From IMG/VR virus record IMGVR_UViG_3300019762_000005, positions 28,676 through 92,675 of that record: a DNA stretch of 64,000 bases; one strand, 5' to 3'. Origin of the DNA: a virus. This document shows positions 9,797 to 17,687 of this stretch, one piece after another (the first letter of the stretch is position 1; every line of letters begins with the position of its first letter). The translations under genes and the position numbers were made by a program. The notes under the pieces are model-generated. The model was not told where the DNA came from, searched no databases, and worked only from the letters and a program-made list of their open reading frames with translations.

Positions 9797-9898
9797 ATAT
9801 TTAAGGAGCGCATAATGCGCTATAATCAGAAGTGGTGTTGTAGTAGTCATCACTTCTGATTTAAAAACAAACTACTAATAAAACCAATCCCTATTATT

Positions 9899-10300
9899 AT
9901 GGCAAAGCCAAGAACATTAAAATCGTTAGAAGAATTAGCAACAGTATTCGCAGTAATGAATAAAGAAATTGCTGAGAAGCAAAGTTCTCATGTATTATAC
10001 ATTGAGATGTTAAGAAGACAGTTAGTTAGCACTCATGAGTTTCATATGCTAATCGACTCTATTAATTCCGAAAAGAAAGAACCAAAGAAAGAAATTAAAG
10101 TTCCTTCTAAAGAAGAAGTTGAAGGTATATTAGCTGAAATGGCACTTGAAATATTACCAATAGATGTTGACAAGACGGTTGAAACTATTAGAGATCATAT
10201 TTCAAAAGGAATAAGCTTTGATGATATTAGAGCTAAAATGAAACATGAGATGCAAAAAGCATCAATATTAGGTATGATTAAATCATCAATAGAAAATTAA
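9899..10300 (+). CDS. Hypothetical helical protein
   Basis: 133-aa ORF. Confidence 0.65.
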   Translation: MAKPRTLKSLEELATVFAVMNKEIAEKQSSHVLYIEMLRRQLVSTHEFHMLIDSINSEKKEPKKEIKVPSKEEVEGILAEMALEILPIDVDKTVETIRDHISKGISFDDIRAKMKHEMQKASILGMIKSSIEN

Positions 10301-10477
10301 GATTAAAAGATCACAAATAAGAAATGAGTAGTAGTACAGAGGAGAGAACGCTGTACTACTATTTATACTACACACTCAGGTAATAGCGAGCTGTTCAAAT
10401 GAAATGTAAAGAAGTCTCAACCAAATCAAAACCAAAAATTAAAACCAGGGTTATAAAACCCACAACAAGAAAAGATT

Positions 10478-10996
10478 ATGAAAAACACAAACACAAGTCC
10501 GAAAGCATTATTTGTTAAAGCTGTTACTTCAGTAGATGAAGAAAACGAACAATTAGTAGATAAGAATGGTAGAGAGTATAAAAGAATTACTGTCTCAAAA
10601 GTAGATTATTCTTTGGTCTTTAATCCTATTACAGGTAAAGACGAAGTTGCCGTTGGTAAAACTAAAGAATCAGGATTCAAAGCCTATAAAAAGAACTATT
10701 TAGATCGTGAAGATTTTGGATGGACTCTTGAACCAGGTAAAATGATCCTTGGTGATTTAATAACTAAGAATACTACTCCTTATGAAATTGATGGTAGAAT
10801 TGTTAATACAGCTACAGCTTTAGTAGTTGCTAACACTAACGAACCTGAAAACTTTAAAAGAGCTACTGCAGCTGCATTTAAAGATTTAGCATCACAAGGT
10901 AAGGATCAACCAGTGAGATTCACGGTTATCGAAGACGTTGTTGAGGAAGCTGCAAGTGCTGTAGTATCTGCAATTCCTGAAGGAATGGAGGGGTAA
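10478..10996 (+). CDS. Hypothetical protein (beta-rich)
   Basis: 172-aa ORF followed by a terminator. Confidence 0.7.
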   Translation: MKNTNTSPKALFVKAVTSVDEENEQLVDKNGREYKRITVSKVDYSLVFNPITGKDEVAVGKTKESGFKAYKKNYLDREDFGWTLEPGKMILGDLITKNTTPYEIDGRIVNTATALVVANTNEPENFKRATAAAFKDLASQGKDQPVRFTVIEDVVEEAASAVVSAIPEGMEG

Positions 10997-11019
10997 TTAC
11001 CTTCATTAAATGTTGAATA

Positions 11020-11054
11020 AAAAGACCTATAGCATAAGTTATAGGTCTTTTTTT
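11020..11054 (+). terminator. Intrinsic terminator
   Basis: AAAAGACCTATA-loop-TATAGGTCTTTTTTT. Confidence 0.75.
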
Positions 11055-11056
11055 AT

Positions 11057-11167
11057 AGTCAAGTGGCGGAGTTGGTTTCAACGCTCCACTAAATAAAGTG
11101 GCAACTGAGTAGTTTAATTATAGCTAATTAAATAAAAGGTACGCAGGTTCGAATCCTGCCTTGACTA
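11057..11167 (+). ncRNA. tRNA-like RNA with aberrant anticodon loop and extended variable region
   Basis: Acceptor AGTCAAG/CTTGACT, D arm TGGCGGAGTTGG..AACGC and T arm GCAGGTTCGAATCCTGC. The anticodon stem CCACT/AGTGG closes a 6-nt loop and is followed by a ~40-nt insert with a hairpin. Confidence 0.7.
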
Positions 11168-11382
11168 CAAGTTAAATAGATAATTCCGAAGAAGGAATAT
11201 ATGTAGCTGACTAATAATACTAATCGTTGTGCAATCTTACTATAAAACCTGCATAGGTAAACGTGAGTGGTAAATAGCAGAAGTGCTAACAACGTGATAT
11301 AAGGGTAGACTCTATGTGTAAGTTCGAATGCGAAGCACTAGAGCTACCCTTTATTTATTTATTTATTAAAAAACAAAACCCA

Positions 11383-11586
11383 ATGAAAAAAGCAATTATT
11401 ATAATAACAACAATCATAGCAACTAGTTGTGCTAATGTTGACAATTCAGAAGACAAGATTATACACGATCAAGGAAGAATAAAATTTATAGACTTTAAGA
11501 GTGAAGGCGCTATAGACTTACATATAATCGAAATAGACGGACAGGAGTATCTTGTTAGCTATAGAGGAGGAATTATAAAACTATAA
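11383..11586 (+). CDS. Small lipoprotein
   Basis: MKKAIIIITTIIATSC lipobox. Confidence 0.7.
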   Translation: MKKAIIIITTIIATSCANVDNSEDKIIHDQGRIKFIDFKSEGAIDLHIIEIDGQEYLVSYRGGIIKL

Positions 11587-11600
11587 TAAAACAAACCCTC

Positions 11601-11939
11601 ATGAAGTATAATTTTACAGTAAGAGTACATGCCGACGAAGATAGAAGTAGCGGAGGTTTAAGTGACATTAGATACATTGATATATCTGGAATAGTCTTAA
11701 TATCTAAGCCAGAGAAATTCGGAGGAGTATGTTTTCATAAAGGAAATCAGAAAAAACACAAGTACACTATGAATTTGTCAAAGAATTTTGCATATGTGGC
11801 AGGGTCTATTAACTATCCAATACTGTGGATAAATAAAGGATTCATTGATATAGTTGTTAAAAACTTCCCAAGAAAACCAGAGTTGAATCTTAATGAATAC
11901 CAATTAAAGTACAGAAAAATAGAAATTATCAACCAATAA
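11601..11939 (+). CDS. Hypothetical protein
   Basis: 112-aa ORF. Confidence 0.6.
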   Translation: MKYNFTVRVHADEDRSSGGLSDIRYIDISGIVLISKPEKFGGVCFHKGNQKKHKYTMNLSKNFAYVAGSINYPILWINKGFIDIVVKNFPRKPELNLNEYQLKYRKIEIINQ

Positions 11940-11950
11940 AAACTACACCC

Positions 11951-12379
11951 ATGAATATACATAAAGATTTAGAGAAGATTACTATGATTGCAATGCATTA
12001 TGCTAAAGAGCATAAATGCAACTACTATATCATAATGACGAATCCTGATGAAAATGGAGAGTTTCAAGACTCTAGCACTTATGAATATGTTGCTGCAAGC
12101 TATTTTGAAAAAGAGAGAACTTGCAAGGTTATATCTACTACTGAAGAACTATGGAGCAGAGAAGAGATAGAGCCAGGCAGTCCTTTTAAACAGATCGACC
12201 ATGAAGCTTTCATAAATGAAGTAAATAGTAGTTATAAAATCAGGAACTATTCATCTCCAACAGAAGAAAGTAGGTACAGAAGACCACAACAATACAGGAG
12301 AGAGTCTCCAAAGATTCAGAGGAACAGTAAGTGTCCATGTGAGTCAGGAAAGAAATACAAGCATTGTTGCTTGAAATAA
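11951..12379 (+). CDS. SEC-C motif protein
   Basis: C-terminal RNSKCPCESGKKYKHCC. Confidence 0.8.
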   Translation: MNIHKDLEKITMIAMHYAKEHKCNYYIIMTNPDENGEFQDSSTYEYVAASYFEKERTCKVISTTEELWSREEIEPGSPFKQIDHEAFINEVNSSYKIRNYSSPTEESRYRRPQQYRRESPKIQRNSKCPCESGKKYKHCCLK

Positions 12380-12388
12380 CTAGATATT

Positions 12389-12856
12389 ATGACAGATCAA
12401 TTAGTAAGCAAGAAAGTAGCAATACTAGCTAGAAAGAAAGCGTTCAACAAGCCTTGCAGGTGGGTTCACTATATGCAAGAAGAGCAAGAAGTGCCAAGTA
12501 AAATAGATTCAGAAGAGATATTTAACTCTGATATAGAAAAAAAGATAGTTGCTACTCCTACTCAGACATCACTATCGACTTGGATTAGAAAGATGAGAGG
12601 TGTTCATATTGAAATTGGAAGAAGTGCATCTGGATACTATTGGGATATGTGTATGTCAGATTCAGGAACTAATCTAGGTGGTAGCGGAATTACTGGTCCA
12701 AATGATAGTGGTCAATGGGATGAATATGAAGATGCTTTAGAAGACGCATTAGAACTTCAATTATCAATGGACTTACCAGAAAACTTCAACTCAATAAAAC
12801 ATTGGAGTAATTATGCTCATTTTGCACAAAAGAAAAGAAAAAAGAATAACAAGTAA
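12389..12856 (+). CDS. Hypothetical protein
   Basis: 155-aa ORF; PTQTSLSTWIRK motif. Confidence 0.65.
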   Translation: MTDQLVSKKVAILARKKAFNKPCRWVHYMQEEQEVPSKIDSEEIFNSDIEKKIVATPTQTSLSTWIRKMRGVHIEIGRSASGYYWDMCMSDSGTNLGGSGITGPNDSGQWDEYEDALEDALELQLSMDLPENFNSIKHWSNYAHFAQKKRKKNNK

Positions 12857-12879
12857 AACATTTAAAAATCAACAACAAC

Positions 12880-13719
12880 ATGGCTATAAAGAAGAAAAAA
12901 CCAATGAAAATAGTAGGACAAGAAGCTTTAATAAAAGAAGTAGGAAATGTCTTCAAGGTATTTAAAGCTTCAGAAGGAGAGTTAAGACCACATTTTATAC
13001 TTACTGGACCAAGTGGTTCAGGTAAGACAGTAACAATTCAAAGTATGTGTGATGAGCACGAGTTGAATTATGTAGAAATTAACGCTGCTCAGTTAACAAA
13101 AGAAGGAACGAGTGGTAATTCATTATCAAAAGCTTTAGGTCCTTTAGGTCAAAGCCAAGGAAAGATGACAGTATGTTTTGTCGATGAATTCGATAAGCTT
13201 TTTATATCTGGAAATAGTAATGATAGTTCAGCACATGAATCATCAACTGGAGTTCAGAATGAATTTCTAAAAGTATTAGAATCAGATACTACGCAAGTAT
13301 TTGGTGATTATGGAAAATTCATTAGCATTCCTATCAAGAATGTATTATTCATTTTTGCTGGAGCGTTTAATGGAGAAGAGCATATCACAGTTGATAGACT
13401 TCGAGAGATAGGAATTAAGACAGAGTTTTTAGGTAGAGTTGGATTAGTGTATAATACTCAAAAGCTTTCATTGGAGGCTTTGTATACAATAGTTGAAAAC
13501 TCTCCTTTACTTGCTAAATATCTTTTGATATATAAAGACGTAAAACGAGAAGATGTAGAATCAACTATTAAAGACTATATTAAAAATAATTTCGAGTTGA
13601 ACACTTTAGGTGCTAGACTAATATCTACGCTTATTCATCAATACTTCATTAAAGGAGGTAAAATTGGTGAAGACGAGGTTAAAGAATTAACTTTTCAAAA
13701 GACTTTAACTCTTGACTAG
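12880..13719 (+). CDS. ClpX/HslU-like AAA+ ATPase
   Basis: IVGQE, GPSGSGKT, FVDEFDK, GVQNEFLKVLE, NVLFIFAGAF, EFLGRV and LGARL motifs. Confidence 0.85.
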   Translation: MAIKKKKPMKIVGQEALIKEVGNVFKVFKASEGELRPHFILTGPSGSGKTVTIQSMCDEHELNYVEINAAQLTKEGTSGNSLSKALGPLGQSQGKMTVCFVDEFDKLFISGNSNDSSAHESSTGVQNEFLKVLESDTTQVFGDYGKFISIPIKNVLFIFAGAFNGEEHITVDRLREIGIKTEFLGRVGLVYNTQKLSLEALYTIVENSPLLAKYLLIYKDVKREDVESTIKDYIKNNFELNTLGARLISTLIHQYFIKGGKIGEDEVKELTFQKTLTLD

Positions 13720-13723
13720 AGAT

Positions 13724-14049
13724 TAAAACATACAGTTGTAGGATTAAAACCAGCGACTACTAACAATGAAAATTGCAGCTAGGTCTGTATGTTTTATAAT
13801 TATAAATCACTAAAAGGAAAGCTTTATTAGACCATCAAGACTACATCAAATTCTTAGAAGCTGAATTAGAAATGTAAAACATTAACTACAGAATGAACAG
13901 AGTGCCTGTGCAGAAATGCAATTTAACATAGTCAGGTTCGATCAGAGGAATGACTCGGGAATAGGTTCAAGAAAGGTGATAAACAGGATATTTAGTTATC
14001 AGGCCTATTATTGATTAGCGTTAGGACTATCATAGTCATTCTGTAGTTA
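13724..14049 (+). ncRNA. Putative structured RNA domains closed by long perfect stems
   Basis: TAAAACATACAG(13724)/CTGTATGTTTTA(13796), 12 bp; TAACTACAGAATGA(13883)/TCATTCTGTAGTTA(14049), 14 bp. Confidence 0.55.
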
Positions 14050-14199
14050 TTAGTAAAGTGAGAGCCAAACACTTAAAAAGCGAGGTTCGTATATGACCTG
14101 TAAACAAAGATATAATAGTAATGCTAGAAATCGCTATGAAAATTAGTGAGCTGCTCGGAAAAGAAGCGGTCAGTAGTATTATGATAAACAAACTGTAAA

Positions 14200-14273
14200 G
14201 TGTCGTTAGTAGAGTGGCCTAGCACGTCTTGTGTAAAAACGAGGAAACATTGGTTCGAATCCAATACGGCATT
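14200..14273 (+). ncRNA. tRNA-like RNA with non-canonical anticodon loop
   Basis: Acceptor GTGTCGT/ACGGCAT and T arm ATTGGTTCGAATCCAAT. The anticodon loop TGTAAAAA is 8 nt and has no clear U33. Confidence 0.65.
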
Positions 14274-14288
14274 CAATTATTATTAAAA

Positions 14289-14371
14289 GGGGAGGTAAAG
14301 GCAACAATATAGGTTTAGTAGATTTCTATTAGATAGGGGTCTAAATGCAGGTTCGAGTCCTGTCCTTTCCA
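14289..14371 (+). ncRNA. tRNA-like RNA lacking D stem; G3.U70/A73 acceptor
   Basis: GGGGAGG/CCTTTCC-A acceptor and T arm GCAGGTTCGAGTCCTGT. Confidence 0.6.
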
Positions 14372-14409
14372 CTTATTACAAAAAAACACATTTAAAAAAA
14401 AACAATCCT

Positions 14410-14613
14410 ATGAAAGGACTAAGACAAAAGTTTGAAAAAGATGAAATAGTAGGTCTTGATAAAGATTTAGCAACTAGTAGTGAAGTCAAAGTGGTTTCAC
14501 AATCATCAGGAAGGTTATATACAACTGTTACAGCAAGCGACTATAGATGGTCTGTTATGACGTATAGGTTAAGTAAATTGAATCCTGAGAAAGAAGAAGA
14601 TATTAAAACCTAG
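14410..14613 (+). CDS. Hypothetical protein
   Basis: 67-aa ORF. Confidence 0.6.
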   Translation: MKGLRQKFEKDEIVGLDKDLATSSEVKVVSQSSGRLYTTVTASDYRWSVMTYRLSKLNPEKEEDIKT

Positions 14614-14617
14614 CGAA

Positions 14618-15217
14618 ATGATAGTAGATATTAAAGATGAAAATAGTTCTGAGGAAAGAAGTGCAGAAATAAACGATCTTTTACCAAAAGTTCCGTTAAC
14701 AACTTCAATTCATAAAAAGATTGAAAAGCTCCTATGTCCTTTGATGGTGAAAGCTATAAAAGCTGAACTTGAGATATACAGAGCCTATCCTAAAAGAATG
14801 AATGAAGATCCAAAAGTGGCTACTAAAACATTTGACACTAGGAATCCTTCAACATGTTTTGTTGGTAAAGGATTTAAAATGAATTCTTCCTTGGTAGATA
14901 AGGAGTTAGCAATATATAGGAGCAAAATAGGAACTATAGAACACAAAGAATGGGGTAACTGTACCTTGTTAGAAATATGGGGAGGCGACCATTTTGCTGA
15001 ACATCCTAAGATGGTTAAAGCTGCATTTTCTTATGGAGTTGGACTTCGTGATACTATGCCTACAATAAAGATTTACGTTAATCCTCTTGTATATACTGAA
15101 AAATCAGGAAAGACTAAGTACACTCAGGAGGAAATCGAAGAAAGAGAAGCGTTTGACCTAATGGTCGCTAAAGCTCAGTTATTTGGAGTAAAAGAACCTA
15201 AAAAACGAAGAAGGTAA
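14618..15217 (+). CDS. Hypothetical protein
   Basis: 199-aa ORF. Confidence 0.7.
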   Translation: MIVDIKDENSSEERSAEINDLLPKVPLTTSIHKKIEKLLCPLMVKAIKAELEIYRAYPKRMNEDPKVATKTFDTRNPSTCFVGKGFKMNSSLVDKELAIYRSKIGTIEHKEWGNCTLLEIWGGDHFAEHPKMVKAAFSYGVGLRDTMPTIKIYVNPLVYTEKSGKTKYTQEEIEEREAFDLMVAKAQLFGVKEPKKRRR

Positions 15218-15429
15218 TGTATAAAACTGAACCACATATTCTAATTCATAAAGAAACGAAAGAGTTTGTGTACTACGATGAAGATGGAGTAAGCTAAACT
15301 TCTAAAGACGGAAAGAAAGCTAAAATATTTATGGGATTAAAAAGTGCTAACTCCTATAAGAATGTAATGTTGAGTGACGATTACAAAGCATATAAAGTAT
15401 CAAAGATAATCGTTAAAGAAAATTTATAA
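15217..15429 (+). pseudogene. 70-codon gene with in-frame TAA at 15295
   Basis: TAATG-coupled start; MYKTEPHILIHKETKEFVYYDEDGVS*TSKDGKKAKIF...KENL exactly fills the gap between neighbours. Confidence 0.55.
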
Positions 15430-15436
15430 ATTAGAT

Positions 15437-16132
15437 ATGAAAAAAATTGAAAGCAAATTGAAAGAATTTCTTACTTCTGTTTCTAGTGGAAATGGATATG
15501 GACATGGATATGGAGATGGAAATGGAAATGGACGTGGACATGGATATGGAAATGGACGTGGAGATGGAAATGGAGATGGAAGTGGAGATGGATATGGAGA
15601 TGGAAGTGGAGATGGATATGGAAATGGAGATGGGAGCGGAGATGGGAGCGGAGATGGATATGGACATGGATATGGAATCATAAGTTTTTGTGGAGATCCT
15701 GTAGTTTATATTGACTCCACAAAAACTGTGGTAAGTCACATTAAAGGAAAAATACTTCAAGGATATATATTAGATGAAAGTTTAAGATTAACTCCTTGTT
15801 TCGTTGTTAAAGAAAAAGATGTATTTGCTCATGGAGAGTCTTTAAAAAAGGCTTATAAATCTTTAAAAGAGAAGATCTTATTAAAAAACCCCATTGAAGA
15901 TAGAATCCAAGCTTTTGTTGACGTATTCGAAAAAGGAATAAAATACAAAGCTGAAGAGTTTTACAACTGGCACTTTATTTTAACAGGTAGTTGTCAGATA
16001 GGGAGAGATATTTTTTTAAAAGAAAACGACATATCATTATCTAGTAAGATGACAGTGAAGGAATTTATTGAAAAAACAGAAGATAAATATCAGGGAGATA
16101 TTATAAAACAATTAAAATTAAAATATAAATAA
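15437..16132 (+). CDS. Gly-x repeat protein (GNGYGDGSG) with C-terminal domain
   Basis: About 30 Gx dipeptides encoded by GGANNN repeats; FAHGE and WHxxLTGSC motifs. Confidence 0.8.
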   Translation: MKKIESKLKEFLTSVSSGNGYGHGYGDGNGNGRGHGYGNGRGDGNGDGSGDGYGDGSGDGYGNGDGSGDGSGDGYGHGYGIISFCGDPVVYIDSTKTVVSHIKGKILQGYILDESLRLTPCFVVKEKDVFAHGESLKKAYKSLKEKILLKNPIEDRIQAFVDVFEKGIKYKAEEFYNWHFILTGSCQIGRDIFLKENDISLSSKMTVKEFIEKTEDKYQGDIIKQLKLKYK

Positions 16133-16134
16133 TT

Positions 16135-16425
16135 ATGATAGGCAAAAAAGTTATCACAAGAAATGATGGAGCTGGAGTGTTTTTTGGAGAATTAGTCTCA
16201 GCTAAAAAGGACAAAGTAATACTTAAAAATGTTAAAAAGCTATATTATTGGTCAGGAGCGGCAGCAATTGAACAATTAGCTGTAGAAGGAGTAAAGTCGC
16301 CAGAAAAATGTAAATTTACAGTAGTTGTAGAGGAAATGGAAATAGGTCAAACATTGCAAATAATTCCATGTACAAAAGAAGCTATAAAAAATATTGAAGC
16401 CGTTCCTACTTGGAGAATTGATTAA
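16135..16425 (+). CDS. DUF6948-like phage protein, partner of the Gx-repeat gene
   Basis: IGKKVITR..AGVFFG..LYYWSGAA...LAVEG..IIPCT. Confidence 0.7.
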   Translation: MIGKKVITRNDGAGVFFGELVSAKKDKVILKNVKKLYYWSGAAAIEQLAVEGVKSPEKCKFTVVVEEMEIGQTLQIIPCTKEAIKNIEAVPTWRID

Positions 16426-16445
16426 AGTATCAAAAATAAATTACC

Positions 16446-16766
16446 ATGCTCGAAATAGGAAACAAAGTAATATGTGTAGATGCAAGCATCCAGAATCACA
16501 TGATAGAAGAGCTATCTAAAGACGTTCCTAATTGGGTGAAGCAAGACGAAATATATACCGTCAGAGGCTTTAACAACAACAAAGGAATAGTAGTAGGTGT
16601 CCTTTTAGAGGAAATAAGTAATCCAATAAAATTCTTTAAACTAACAGGTGAATATCAAGAACCTGCTTTTGCTACTTGGAGATTTAGAAAACAAGAAGAA
16701 GCATATATTGATTCGCTAGAAATTGAAGAAGAAAGTATTAGAGAGTTTGAGGTTTTAGAAAACTAA
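16446..16766 (+). CDS. Hypothetical protein (SH3-like beta fold)
   Basis: IGNKVICVD...IYTVRG...LLEEI.NP...F..WRFR. Confidence 0.65.
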   Translation: MLEIGNKVICVDASIQNHMIEELSKDVPNWVKQDEIYTVRGFNNNKGIVVGVLLEEISNPIKFFKLTGEYQEPAFATWRFRKQEEAYIDSLEIEEESIREFEVLEN

Positions 16767-16800
16767 CCCCTCCGCCTCCACAAGAAAAAAAAAGAAAGCG

Positions 16801-17148
16801 ATGTTAAAAATTAAATGGAAAAAATCAAAAGGAGGAAGAGCTTTTGAGCACATATTAGAAGGGTGGGTTGGAAATCTACACTCTTTCAATATAGAAGGTC
16901 GTTTATGTGTAACTGACCTAAGAGGGATTAGAAAAACCCCTTGGCAAGCACCAAAACACTACATCATAGATGAGGTAGATAACAAAAGAGAGTTTGCTAA
17001 AAACATGGCTTATGAAATTTTAAACAACATAAATCCAGAAGTTTACAAAGCTAACTTAGAAAAGCAAAGAATTGATAACGAGAGAACTCAAAAAGTCATG
17101 AAAGAGGCACAAGACTTTTTAGATAAGATTCAAAAAAAACAACAATAA
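16801..17148 (+). CDS. Hypothetical protein
   Basis: 115-aa ORF. Confidence 0.65.
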   Translation: MLKIKWKKSKGGRAFEHILEGWVGNLHSFNIEGRLCVTDLRGIRKTPWQAPKHYIIDEVDNKREFAKNMAYEILNNINPEVYKANLEKQRIDNERTQKVMKEAQDFLDKIQKKQQ

Positions 17149-17150
17149 CT

Positions 17151-17360
17151 ATGAAAATATTTGAAGTTAAAGAATTTACAGATGGAGGTCCTAACGATAA
17201 AGGAGTCTTAATTGGCTACGAAAAAGGAGAGTCAAGTGAACAGTTAAAAAAGAAAAATGGAATAACTCATGGTTTCATATCTTTTCATGAAATATCTCAA
17301 GAGGAATATAACCGAAGAAAAGAAGGAGCTCGTAGACATTTTGAGTCGTTCACCTTTTAA
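17151..17360 (+). CDS. Hypothetical protein
   Basis: 69-aa ORF. Confidence 0.6.
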   Translation: MKIFEVKEFTDGGPNDKGVLIGYEKGESSEQLKKKNGITHGFISFHEISQEEYNRRKEGARRHFESFTF

Positions 17361-17386
17361 TTATTAACAATATTAAAAACTATATT

Positions 17387-17569
17387 ATGACAATAGGAGA
17401 AATCAACTTACTATTAATATTATCAATCTGTATTGTAATAGGGTTATTTACTAGCGATTTTCTATGGTTTTTACAACCTCTAAGAAGCTGGGAAGGAAGA
17501 ATACTAATATTAATGCTAATAATATTAACAACAGCTCTATCGTACTTAATATGGTGGATGAATCATTAA
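17387..17569 (+). CDS. Small two-TM membrane protein
   Basis: Two hydrophobic helices. Confidence 0.6.
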   Translation: MTIGEINLLLILSICIVIGLFTSDFLWFLQPLRSWEGRILILMLIILTTALSYLIWWMNH

Positions 17570-17687
17570 AATATTAACATTTATAAATTATCCTCCTTAT
17601 GTATTTGAAAGAGTACGCATTATAAAAACTAGGCTGTAGAGGTAACGCGCAGTATAGGGGAAGTTTATAAATAAAACAAAAAGACTC

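Noticed and set aside
15424-15760. Pro-rich, (SI)n and (ME/MD)n ORFs
   Set aside because: Alternative-frame readings of the Gx repeat.
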